Of a stretch of 64,000 bases of DNA, positions 1 through 12,054 are shown piece after piece. Position 1 is the first letter of the stretch. Every line of letters starts with the position of its first letter. The stretch covers positions 101,184,001-101,248,000 of the forward strand of contig OX597817.1 in the NCBI GenBank assembly GCA_951406725.2, read 5' to 3'. Source of the stretch: Octopus vulgaris (Eukaryota). Position numbers and translations under genes: made by a program. Under the pieces are notes generated by a model. It saw nothing but the letters and a program-made list of their open reading frames with translations, had not been told where the DNA came from and did not search any database.

Positions 1-1316
1 CAGATTCGTCAAGAAGATGGGTTTTCAACCTGTTTAGAATGACCTTAGCAACGAACTTGCCACCAATGGTTAAGAAGAGAGATCCCATGTCACAACTGGA
101 TTTGTCATCTTTGCCTTAGTACAAGTGCCCTGTTCTGGTATCTTTCAGATCTTGCAGGTAGTCGTCCATCCTCCCAGCACATAAAGGATCTCTGCGAATT
201 TTTGCATCAGTGATGGGCCACCTATTTTGAAAACTTCAGGCAGAATGCCACCAGGGCCTGGTGATTTGCCAGGTTGTAACTTTGCAATTGCACCTGCTAC
301 CTCATCCTCCGTTGGCGGGTCGTCACGTTCCGTACGTAGGGGTCTTACAGGGATATGTTCAATGACTAGGGTCAATCGATGAAGGCTTAATAAGGAACTA
401 CTCGAAGTGTTCTGACCATTTCATATTTATTGCCTTTTATCAGTGAGGGGCTCATCCTCCCAGTTCCGGACAAGGGCTGCACTTATCAACGGTGGCCCGT
501 ACACCTTCAAGCTGGAATAGAAGAGTTTGTTTTTCTTTTTCCATCGTTCATCTCTCATGGAATGCAAGCACTTCTGAACTTCTCTAAGTTGTTGGAACTT
601 GACCCTCTTTGAGTCAGATTGCTTCTCCGCAAGCCAGTTCTTGTGTGCAGTATACTTCTCAGCAAGAAAACTTCGAACTTCAAAATCATTGTCGTGAAAC
701 CAGTCCAGGTGATATCTTTTGAGGACATCTATTGTCACTTTGGCGACGGTATAAGCTTCATTTCTTGATTTGGTCCAGTTCTCCGCCCCTCACACTCTCT
801 CCCCATTGTTCAAAGCAACTTGCTCTAGACACTTTAAGAGTTCGTTCTTCAAAGCAGTTGATATGCCAGGGTTTTTGATTTGCCGAACATCCAGTATTTT
901 AGGGGCTTTTCCTCACTGGGCCTTCTTTTTCATCACACCTGGAGGTTCACCTTTGATGTGAGGAGAATATGGTCTATTAAGCATTCGGCACCTCTGATTG
1001 CTCTGGTGATATGAAAGTTGCACAGATTATGTTCCCTGCAGATGATGAAATTTATTTGATGTCAATACTTCGATTTTCGGTGCATCCAAGCTGCTTTGTA
1101 GGTTTCTTTCAGTTGGAAGAAAGTATCTGTGGTTCAGACGTTGTGCTGGGAGCATAATGAAATCAGAAGCCTGCTACTTGAATTCCCATAATGATACCAT
1201 ACTGACCGATGATACCAGCCCATACTATATATATCTGAGCTGGTTCTCGCATTGAAATACCCCAGGATGATCAACTTATCCGAAGTTACGCATTGTACAA
1301 TTTCGTGAAGCTGCTG
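1..1316 (-). mobile_element. Degenerate RTE-clade LINE fragment (APE endonuclease end, linker, RT N-terminus); runs off the window start
   Basis: Minus-strand ORF pieces DKLIILGYFNAR (APE), DWFHDNDFEVRSFLAEK, PPTEDEVAGAIAKLQPGKSPGPGGILPEVFKIGG and GISLLTIGGKFVAKVILNRL at 1-120 are typical RTE ORF motifs; several frameshifts. Confidence 0.85.
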
Positions 1317-1479
1317 ATATATATATATACACATATATTTCTTTCAGGCTCATTGAACTAAAAGTAAATGTAAAGGAAGCTGAACACATGTAATAACCTA
1401 CTGCTACATAACCTCCGGGCGGCATTCTTGGAAGAACATGCAGTAAGTATTTACTTACTCCATTCTCTATACCCAATGA

Positions 1480-2238
1480 TGCTCCAATTCCTACTTCTCT
1501 TCACTCTTACCCACCTTCATCTCTTCTCTTCCTTCCTACCCTCCTTCATCCCTCCCCCCTCTCCATTCATCGTCACCCTTTCCTCGTAATCCCACCCCTA
1601 CACAATCCAACCCCACCTTCACTATCCATCCCATCCCATCCCCACCCCATCACTTACACTCACACCTATATACTCCACTTCTACCCCCACCCTCAGCCTA
1701 CCCATATACCCCACCCTCAGTCTAATCCACACCCTACCCTTGCTTTCCCCACTCTCGCCTCCCTCACATCCCATCACCATCACACCACACAACGCACCAC
1801 TACAACATACACTACCATACCACACAACATCACATCACAGCACCACGCACACACTAGCACTGACTACTTCTCAGCCGCACATCCACACACCTACACATAC
1901 ACACACACACGCACACGTCAAAGTCACCATCCCTCTTCCACACGCACTCTTATACACACGCAAGTAAACCTTCGTTTTAGGATCACCACTACTTTATTAT
2001 ATCCTCTTCTTCCTAGTTCTCCTGTGTGCCCCTCTGTCCGGCATTCGCGCTGATAGATCGCTAGCTACCACACATTATTTATTTTCTCTTCTTGTTTCTT
2101 TCAGTGTTCCTTTCTGTGGAAGAGCGTAGACTCGAAAGATTAAGGACTTTTTCACTCCCCAAACGCTAAATTAATACATCTGTTTGTTGTCTACACCACA
2201 TGTCTTTGTCTTTCGTTTTTTTATGAATTATCCCTATA
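1480..2238 (+). mobile_element. 3' tail of Penelope-like element (same family as 3153-4585), with degenerate HHR
   Basis: C/A-rich tail and TTCCTTTCTGTGGAAGAGCGTAGACTCGAAA...TTATCCCTATAT end align with 4020-4585 and 29908-30452; followed by (TA)n. Confidence 0.75.
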
Positions 2239-2261
2239 TGTGTACATATATATATATATAT

Positions 2262-3046
2262 ATATTATTAGTAAATTGAAGAAATGGAGTTGAACGAAGA
2301 TTGAACAGAAATCGTTTTATTGCATTCTACACGTGTTTCGAAAGCCACAATTTACCAAATTCCGATTGAATAAGGAGACCATATTGTGTCTTTCTCTTCA
2401 GGAAGAAATAGGAAATCCGTTGGCAAAAACAAAAACAGAACAGAGGCGCAGCAAAACAAATCGAACGAGGCTCCTAAGAGCCCATGGCCAAACTGTTTAT
2501 CAATGTATATATAATACACCTAATATTCTTTAAATAGTCAGAACTTTAGTCTCGGTCACAAAGAACATCTACGCACCCCGTGCTCTCACCCACCGGAATG
2601 ACCGCTGCCTGACCTGTTAAAATCTTCAACGCACCCACCACCCGATTTCAACATACATTGATAAACAGTTTGGCCATGGGCTCTTAGGAGCCTCGTTCGA
2701 TTTGTTTTGCTGCGCCTCTGTTCTGTTTTTGTTTTTGCCAACGGATTTCCTATTTCTTCCTGAAGAGAAAGACACAATATGGTCTCCTTATTCAATCGGA
2801 ATTTGGTAAATTGTGGCTTTCGAAACACGTGTAGAATGCAATAAAACGATTTCTGTTCAATCTTCGTTCAACTCCATTTCTTCAATTTACTAATAATATT
2901 AAAATTCAATTATCCGCACCAACGCATGGTTGCAACACCATATGGTTGTACCTCCAACCGTGCTGTCTTCTGCTGTGATTTTTGCTACCAAGGTATCGGT
3001 TAAACTTTTGATTAATCTGCAACAAGATTATTCATCTTTCTATTTC

Positions 3047-3049
<3 letters not shown>
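2262..3049 (+). mobile_element. Fold-back Penelope pLTR/non-autonomous element: 247-bp inverted repeat (2262-2508 / 2653-2899), flanked by (TA)n
   Basis: The arms are reverse complements (identical ORF translation on both strands); HHR followed by AATAAA; TA arrays on both sides. Confidence 0.85.
2757..2836 (+). ncRNA. Minimal type I hammerhead ribozyme (mirror copy on - strand at about 2325-2404)
   Basis: ttc-CTGAAGA-gaaagacacaat...attgtggctttc-GAAAC-acgt-GTA-gaa: intact core, stem II, palindromic stem III. Confidence 0.8.
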
Positions 3050-3123
<74 letters not shown>

Positions 3124-3152
3124 TGTGTGTGTGTGTGAGTGTGTGTGTGAGT

Positions 3153-4585
3153 GTATATATACTTATATCTCCAGCAATATCATCTATTGCATCTCCTGCT
3201 CTCTCTGCCATTCCCTGTACATCGGATAAACGGGACGCCGTTTGGCTGACCGGTTCGCGGAACACCTCCGAGACATCCGCCCCGGCAATAACACCCCAGT
3301 CTCACGCCATTTCCGCTCCACCGGTCACTCCTTGCAACACCTGTCTGTGTTCGGATTGTCCTTGCACACAGGCCATCCGGACTCCCGTTTGCGCCGTGAA
3401 CAGGGATTAATCTTCTCTCTTCGCTCTTTTACGCCATTTGGGCTCAACTCTCCTCCCCGACTCCCACATCTCTTTACTCCTACATCTTTCCACCCCTACT
3501 CTCTTTCCCTCTTCTCCCTTACTCTATTTCTCTCTTCTCTCTTTCTCTCTGCTCCCTCCCTCTCCTCCTCTCCTCTCCCCCTCTTCCCCTCCCTCCTCCT
3601 TCTTCCCACCCAACTCTCCTCCCTTGCCCCAACTCCTACTTCTCTTCACTCCTACTTCTCTTTACTCCTACTTCTCTTCACTGCTACTTCTCTTCACCCC
3701 TACTCTCTTTCCCTCTTCTCTCTTACTTTCTTTCTCTCTTCTCTCCTACTCCCTTTCTCTCTTTCTCTCCCCTCCTTCCCTCTTCCATCTTCCTCTCTCT
3801 TCTCTCTCTCTACTCTCTTCTCTCTCCTCTCTTATTCTCTTTCTCGCTTCTCTCCTACTCTTTCACCCTCTCTTTCTCTCTTTTCTCTTACTCTCTTTCT
3901 CTCTTCTCTCCTCTCTCTCCTCACATACCCACCTTCCCCTCCCCTTCATAAACCCACCCACACCTACACATCCCTACTCCACCTTCCCTATCCCTATCCT
4001 TCCCCTCCCCCTCCTACCCCGCACCCCTCCCCCACGCACCCCACCTACCCCACCCTATGCCTACCCACAAACCCCAACTCTACCCCAACCCCTATCCGAA
4101 CCCACACCCCACACGTGCTTTCCCCACTCTCGCACCCCCACCTCCCAACAACGTCACACCACCCCACACTACACCATACAACATTACACATCACATCACG
4201 ACATCCCACCCACACACCCATCCCCACGTCTTCACACCTACACATAGATACACGCACACATCCATACCACTAGCCCTCTTTCACATGCACATACATACTC
4301 TCTTTGTGTTGGGGGCACCTTTGTGTAGGGGGTCATCTTTACCTTGTTATCTCCCCTACTTTCTTCCTCGTGTTTGACCCTTCTGTCCGACACTAGTCGC
4401 CATGATAGATCGTTAGCCACTACACGCATTTTTTTCTCTCCTTGTTTTCTCTGTGTCCCTTTCTGTAGAAGAGCGTAGGCTCGAAACGTAAAAGACTTTT
4501 TCTGTTCCTGAGAGTTATACAAATACATCTGTTTGTTTTGTACACCACCTGTCTTCGTCTTTTGTTTTCTTCGTAAACTCTCCCT
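3153..4585 (+). mobile_element. 5'-truncated Penelope-like element: GIY-YIG endonuclease, long pyrimidine-rich 3' tail and HHR variant
   Basis: SSNIIYCISCSLCHSLYIG*TGRRLADRFAEHLRDIR..PVSRHF..RLRREQGLIFSLRSFTPFGLN is a PLE GIY-YIG domain with CCHH residues and one in-frame stop; microsatellites on both sides. Confidence 0.88.
4459..4494 (+). ncRNA. Hammerhead-like motif with CUGUAGA core (A6U)
   Basis: cttt-CTGTAGA-a-gagc-gtag-gctc-GAAAC-GTA-aaag; same architecture at 2114, 30330 and 7110-7148(-). Confidence 0.6.
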
Positions 4586-4632
4586 ATATATGGCCGCAGT
4601 CAAATGACTGCTGAAACAAGTAAAAGAGAGAG

Positions 4633-4900
<268 letters not shown>

Positions 4901-4901
4901 C

Positions 4902-4979
4902 ATAAATGGAGTTGAACGTAGGTGTTATTCAAATGGAAGTCAAATAATTTGAATAACATCTGCGTTTAACTCCATTTAT
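4902..4979. repeat. Mini fold-back of a pLTR end, related to the 2262 element terminus
   Basis: ataaatggagttgaacgtaggtgttattcaaat...atttgaataacatctgcgtttaactccatttat; shares AAATGGAGTTGAACG with 2282-2296. Confidence 0.6.
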
Positions 4980-4990
4980 TTATATATATT

Positions 4991-5400
4991 ATCTATAATA
5001 TAAAATCCGTTCTGTCTGTCTCTGTGTGTGTCTTCCATGATCTCGGTCATCCTCCATCCGGTTGCGCTCAAATTTGATATGTAGATACCGACAGTATCAG
5101 GGGGTGTATAAGTCTTGAAAAAAATTACAAAAGTCGATTCCAGGTAAGAATGCGATCGATAAAGCCGTGGGAACGTGCAATTGTACGCGCAAGTACATCA
5201 GCTGTTGCAACCGCTACTACACGTACGCGAGAAAAATGCACGTGCAGTTTGCGCAAAAGAAGCCAGATGGCTTGAAATAATGCCATAAAATGCAGTATAT
5301 TTAAGAGACCAAAAAAGTAAGATGCAAAAGAGATATTTTCTTCAAACTTGAAATGAAGGAAGGAAACACTATTTGGTTTCACAAGAAGTTTTTTCTGCCT
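4991..5400 (+). mobile_element. Non-autonomous Helitron-like 5' end
   Basis: TCTATAATATAAAA..TCTGTCTGTC..CCATCCGGTTGCGCTCAAATTTGATATGTAGATA resembles Helitron-N/HINE 5' ends; no 3' end found. Confidence 0.45.
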
Positions 5401-5595
5401 TAACTTCGTTTAACAAAACCAAGGTTAAATCAGTGTTTCTCAAAGGGGAGGCTTATGGGACGGTCGGACAAATTGTTTTGAGAAAATTTGGTGTAAATGT
5501 TTGACAACTCAGCACCGTCCATTAGACGGGGGGCGTTTTGCTTGTACAAAATATTTCACATCAACCCGCAATCCCTACCTTTACGTATATACACG

Positions 5596-5626
<31 letters not shown>

Positions 5627-5696
5627 TTTATAGAAGGAGCTTCTACAGGACTAGAACTGTTTCATTCAAAAGAAATCATCATATATATATATGGTA

Positions 5697-5745
<49 letters not shown>

Positions 5746-5760
5746 CATATATATATACAT

Positions 5761-5813
<53 letters not shown>

Positions 5814-5830
5814 CATATACAATATATATT

Positions 5831-6174
5831 CTTTTATTTTTTTGTTTCAGTCATTTGACTGCGGCCATGTTGGAGCACCACCTTTAGTCGAGCAAACCGA
5901 CCCCAGGACTTATTCCTTATAAGCCTAGTACTTATTCTATCGATCTGTCTTGCCGAACCGCTAATTGACGGGGACGTAAACACACTACCATCGGTTGTCT
6001 AGCGAATGTGGGTGGACAAATACGGGCTTCTTTCAGTTTCCGTCTACCAAATCCACTTACAAGACTTTGGTCAGCCCGAGGCTATAGTAGAAAACACTTG
6101 TCCAAGGTGCCACACAATGGAACTGAACCCAGAACCATGTGGTTGGTAAGCAAGCTACTTACCAGACAGCCACT
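5831..6174 (-). mobile_element. tRNA-derived SINE family A (octopus-type)
   Basis: Reverse complement of the full copy at 22975-23400. Confidence 0.85.
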
Positions 6175-6188
6175 CACACACACGAAAT

Positions 6189-6577
6189 AGGTGCAGGCGT
6201 GGTTGTGTTGTAAGAAACTTGCTTCCCAACCACATGGGTGTGGTTTAGTCCCCTCTGGCTGAACAAAGCTTTGTAGGTGGATTTGGTAGACGGAATAAGT
6301 AGCAATTTCTATTAGTCTGTATGTCTGTCCGTCTAACTGTTATCATCTTAATGCCTAGACCAGCGAACGAATGTTCACCAAACTTTAATAAATAAAGTCA
6401 CGTGAAACTGTCGAACAGACATGTAAATAATCTTAAAAAGTAAAATATCCTCAACGAAGTCTTTTAGTGAAAGATTGCACAAATCTGTCCTGATTAAGCG
6501 GCCTACCGCTCGGGGAAGATATGCTCTGATATGTAATAAAGTAATAAATAAAAATGTGTATAAGACATTCAGCTAGA

Positions 6578-6628
<51 letters not shown>

Positions 6629-6868
6629 TTTGCTTGTATGTGTGTGTGTGCGTCTTTGTATCTATGTTTGTCCCTACACCATCGCTTGTCAACCGATGTT
6701 GGTGTGTTCACGTTCCCGTAACTCAGCGGGCCGGCAAAATAGACCGATAGAATAAGTACTAGGCTGATAAAGAATAAGCCTTAGGGTCGATTTCTTCGAC
6801 TAAAAATACCCTTCATGGTGGTGCTCCTGCATGGCCGCAGTCAAATGGCAGAAAATGCCTGAATAAAA
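6189..6868 (+). mobile_element. SINE family A, interrupted by an unrelated about 280-bp insert (about 6296-6577, possibly Helitron-like, ends CTAG)
   Basis: Head GGTGCAGGCGTGGTTGTGTTGTAAG.. and tail CCATCGCTTGTCAACCGATG..GGCCGCAGTCAAATGG. Confidence 0.75.
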
Positions 6869-7059
6869 TCCTGTCGTTTCATCGAAGCCTAGAATATGGA
6901 ATGAAATATATTTGGGAAAAAGGAATTACATTTTTGCAATATACAAGGAAGACATTACCAGTGAGAAAGCCATTGCTAATGTACATAAAAAAGTGTATAG
7001 TCTCGCAATGCCTAAGTGAAAAATATATAAATAGTCCAAAAATAAAAACAAAAAACACA

Positions 7060-7170
7060 AAGACGAAGTGAAAAACCAGCAAATTTGCGCTCAAGTGAAG
7101 TGAAAGAAGTCTTTAACGTTTCGAGACTACGCTCTTCTACAGAAAGGATAGATGAGGAAAGAAAAAAAAG
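7060..7170 (-). mobile_element. PLE 3'-end fragment with CUGUAGA hammerhead variant
   Basis: Minus strand reads tccttt-CTGTAGA-agagcgtagtctc-GAAAC-GTT-aaagac. Confidence 0.65.
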
Positions 7171-7267
7171 TTGTTAGAAAATTAAACGGTCAAAACACTT
7201 TGAAATGACAAGAAGAGGAAAAAGTCGGCAAGCAAGACAACAGTGACGTGGCATGTGTGTGTGTGTA

Positions 7268-7322
<55 letters not shown>

Positions 7323-7614
7323 GTGTGTGCGTGTGTGTGAGTGTGTGCGCGAACGCGCGCGCGAACGCATATACGAGTTTGTATGTATGAAAGAGCTAAT
7401 GTGCCTGTGTGCATGTGTGGGTAAGGACTGCGTGCGTGTATTGGCAAGCAATCGTGCATGTATGAAGCTAAGTATGAAGCTAATGTTTGAGTGCGTATCA
7501 CGTGCACATGGCCACACACACAGAGGTGTATGTGTGTGAATATCTATGAAAAATATTAGCACAATATCACCTACTCTATTACAACATCATGTCAATATTA
7601 TCAATAAATTTAAG

Positions 7615-8022
7615 CAGCGTGTTGGCAGAATCGCTAGGACGCCGGGCACAATACCTAGCGACATTTAGTCCGTTCTGGGTTCAAATGCAGCCACAGTGTA
7701 TATTGCCTTTAATCCTTTCAGTGTCGATACGAGTTGAGCACTGGGGTCGTTGTAATCGTCCTACCTCCTTTCCTCTAAATTGCTTGCTGTGTGCCAAAAC
7801 TTGAAATCAATAAAATCAACAAATTTAAAGCGGCGAGCTGGCAGAATCGGTAGCGTGCCAGGCAAAATGCTTAGCCGCATTTAGTCCGTCTTTACGTTCA
7901 GAGTTCAAATTCCACTGAAGTCGATTTTATCTTTCGATAAAGTAGCAGTTGAAGATTGGGATCAATGTTATAGACTAGTCCCCTCCTCCGATATTGCTGG
8001 TCGTGTGCAAAAATTTGAAACC
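7615..8022 (+). mobile_element. Two tandem degenerate copies of SINE family B
   Basis: GGCGAGCTGGCAGAATCG(T)TAG..GAGTTCAAATTCC..CCTTT(C)ATCCTTTC; homologous to 12526-12736. Confidence 0.75.
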
Positions 8023-8955
8023 AAAATTGTCAATAAATTTATTTGATCAGTTATTCTGGTTTTCTTCAAATATCAACTTTAATTGGTTCTTATAAAAACC
8101 ATTTGCTGATATTTTCTCGCAGGCACATAGACATTATATCAGTAGCAATTAGATTATTCACCACAATAATTTTAAAAGATATTTTTACTGGGAAAAAATG
8201 GTACTAAAATAATCGAATAACTTAAAATTCAGGTGGAAATTGTCCTATGTAGATATTTGTTTGTAACCAAAAGCCTCAAGTAATTTCTTTTGCAGTAAAA
8301 GCTTTCGACCAGATGATTGGAGAACAATTTATGTATAGCGGATAGATTGTAATCCCAGTAAAAAACGGGAAGTATGAATGTATAAAAGTGTGAGTGAACA
8401 TGCAACGAAAGCTGAATACATAAGGAAATATGTCCCTCTATATAATATGTAAAAGAATTTTCCGTGATAAGAAAAGCTTGAATGGATTTGATTTCATTTA
8501 ACATCAGAAATACTTTATTATTTTTTTAATCAATGAAATTTCATTCTTTGATCACTTACTAGCAGTATATTTCTGATATTTAATCTTATTAAAATAGAAA
8601 AGTTAAGAACATTTTAAAATCATCTGTACAAAATATTTCTCCAGAAACAGAATATAGCGTGCAGGAATGTTGTCATTGATTGGTTATCAGATATCGGGGA
8701 ATAAGTGCACGAAAGATGACAAATATATCTCATTTCGTAATATTTCGCAATCTACAGGTTATGAGATGACTATAAATATTGAAAGTGAAACCTAATAAAA
8801 CGTTTTCTATTTTAAATCTTTGAAAAATCCTCTCCCTATCTCTCTATTACACACACACACCACATACACACACATGCACGCACACACATACACACACATG
8901 CACGCACGCACACACACAGATATATTACATATACACTCTACAACTGATACATGCT

Positions 8956-8957
<2 letters not shown>

Positions 8958-9011
<54 letters not shown>

Positions 9012-9012
9012 A

Positions 9013-9050
<38 letters not shown>
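8958..9050. repeat. (TATC)n microsatellite
   Basis: Seen directly. Confidence 0.97.
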
Positions 9051-10374
9051 CTTACCTATTGAAATATGTGAAAAATATCCCAGAAAAAATTACTTATTAC
9101 CAAAAGCTGTCGAAAGCTTTCTAAAATGCATGGCATTGGAATTGTTTACTGTAACGGCTTCTCCAATATCTGTGCAATTTAAATGCAAAGTTTCAATATG
9201 ATCAAAGCATCAAAACAATTTTCATGTTGCAGCAGTTCGTAACCTGTAAAATACTCGTATACTCAGTATATCTTTCAGAATAACTGGAGGCTTCACCATT
9301 GCATATGAAAACGAAACCTTTAACTGTCTATGTGCAATAAATAATTCTAGGACTTGTCTTTATTCATAAGTAGGAAATTTGAAGAATATCAAAATTTGCG
9401 AGATTCTATGAAAATAAGATATTATCACCTCTTAATTTTCTGTTTATATTTGTAATTTCTGTGTCAAGTTAATGGTTACATCTCTCTGTGGTAATTCATT
9501 CATGTTTTCTTTCCATTATCAGATAATGTTTCATTTGATATTAATCAATCGATTGGTATCCATATTTCATTTGCTCAACCAGCATCCATAATTGGAAGCG
9601 CTATTTTTCATTGTAAAATTGTCATGCAAACTGATTGCATGTATGATACAAGTAAAATTTTTGAGATATTGTTCTCTGTTCAAATATTCACTGGCATTTT
9701 TGGGTCCGTAGATGTCATTGCATAGAGAACGCCTACCGCATCGAGTTCATTATGGAGATCTTTAAACTCTTTTATATTGAAATTAATAAGGGAGAATAAG
9801 TTTTGTAACCTTTACTGTCATCAGCGTTATGAGGTTCTACGCTCAGAAGTTAAGAGTTTGTGTCCGTTCTGTTTTCATTATTACAATTTATCTTGCTACT
9901 GGATTGTGAAGTTTTCAGTTTACAATCTTTTACACCTTAGAAGTTGTATTTGTATGACAATGACTTTATACTGTAAAATTTTATCAATGATAAAGTTGTA
10001 GATGAACGAAAGAAGTGTTGAAGAAAGCAAACAAGATTTTATATAAAATTGTGTGTTTTATATGGGGATGTGACTCCTGCACGATGCTGTCCCATCATTT
10101 GTACCAACATTTCAGTTCCAGTCATGTTGATTTTAAATAAAAATGTCTATACTGTTGTAAATTTGTATATCTTGTATTTCCACGTTGAGCTTTTACATTT
10201 TGGCTCAGATCCCTAACCAGATATTCAGTCAACAAAGTGCCAAAAAGAAAAGCGACAACGACAAGCTGTATAACTAATTGAAAACGTAGCCGTAAATAGT
10301 AAACGAATGTACTTGGAAAGTTGATGAAATTTGGATTGGAAAAATGCAGGATAAGAAAACAGGGTTAAGAGAGT

Positions 10375-10541
<167 letters not shown>

Positions 10542-10709
10542 TGTAAATAAATAAATGCTCAGCAATCAATGAACTAGCCATTGACAACATACACAAATGA
10601 AAGAAGCAGTTACGAAGAATCATTATAGACGCAATAGTTCAAGTTTTGAAATAAAGTTGACTGTAGAAGCAAAAGTAATTGGCACGAATCTTTTTAGATA
10701 CCATGAATA

Positions 10710-10925
10710 GTCTTTTATCCGTTATTTGTTTCAGTCATTGGAGTGCAGCCATGTTAGAGTACCGCCTTGAAGAAGTTCAGTCGTACGAATCTACCCCAGT
10801 TTTTATTTTTCTAACGACTGGGACTTATTCTATCAGTATCTTTTGTCGAAGCACTAAGTTATGAGGGAAAAAATAAATCAACACTAGTTTTCAAGTGTTG
10901 GCGGCGAGCAAACACAAGCACAAAG
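10710..10925 (-). mobile_element. SINE family A 3' half, degenerate
   Basis: TGTTTCAGTCATTGGAGTGCAGCCATG..ACTTATTCTATC matches the family tail. Confidence 0.65.
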
Positions 10926-11517
10926 ACAATTCACGCGCTTAGTTTATCGCTCCTGCACGTATAGTCACTTGCACCATTGCCATGGAAGCTAGACGTATTT
11001 CGTGTCGGCATATAAAAATTTTCTCTGTCTAATGGCAAAGGCGACAGTGATTGTACAAAGAACACAACTGAAAGGACTGAAGACAAACACTTTCTTCTTC
11101 AGCCAACAACTCTCCATCTTCACTTCTGGTGAGGATGGAGAAAGTGCAGTTTTTTCAGTGAATTTGCTGAAGGTATAAGTAGTGAGTGGTGAGCGTGGGA
11201 TGGGTAAATGGACCGACACTTAAAATAAGTGTGTAGACATGCTCTTAGTGGCCAGGATAGTCATGGACCAGTGGGGTTCCCTATTTTAAAGAAATACGGC
11301 TGTTCTTTAATTACGACGTCTTGGTTCATTATTTTGGTACACTTGTTTTCCATGCACGTTATTTTATAATCGATCCTTCATGAACCTTTACCGCTTTTGT
11401 TCTTCCTCTTCATACGTCAACCCTATCGTAAATAAATTAACGATTATTATATTTTAATGTTGCTGCGGAAACAATAACGACAACAACAACAGCAACAACA
11501 ACAATAACAGGAACAGA

Positions 11518-11564
<47 letters not shown>

Positions 11565-12054
11565 TAAGATATTTTTTGCAGTTAATAGTAGTGTCAAACA
11601 TGGCATCAGATTTTCATCTTCACTCCGGTTGACATCATTCGACATTCTGTAAAGTAGGCAGAAACAAATATTTCAACAATCTTAACGACTACTTCATATT
11701 TTCAATAGCTGATAAAATGACGAGTTCTTATAAAAAAAAATAAATGCCACTTTCAGAAAATTAACATTTGAGTATTGTTGAGTTTATTAGTATTTCTGTA
11801 TCTCTATATGTTTATACTGGTTGGTTTATTTGCTGCTGAGTTCTGTGAAGGAAACTGTTTTCAGTTTGCTTGTCAAACTTACTCTTGTGTCTTCAGATTA
11901 TAATTATTCTTAATTTACAAACACGCAAAAACATATACACATATTGCTCGTCTTTCCTCGTAATATCTATATCTTTTACCAACATGTTAAAGACATTAAT
12001 GATTCTATTCACATAATACCTCCATTACACCGAAATTAAATTCTCATGACAATA

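Noticed and set aside
1348-1442. Exon-like segment with good acceptor and donor sites
   Set aside because: Stop codons in all three frames.
2333-2828. Two identical MFRKPQFTKF.. ORFs on opposite strands as duplicated genes
   Set aside because: A by-product of the inverted repeat; the frame is antisense to the hammerhead.
3242-4273. 343-aa ORF as a real protein
   Set aside because: Only the first 72 aa or so are GIY-YIG; the rest stays open because the C/T-rich tract lacks stop codons.
9101-9243. Minus-strand exon-like segment (YELLQHENCFDALIILKLCI*..)
   Set aside because: Best frame has two stops and no recognisable homology.
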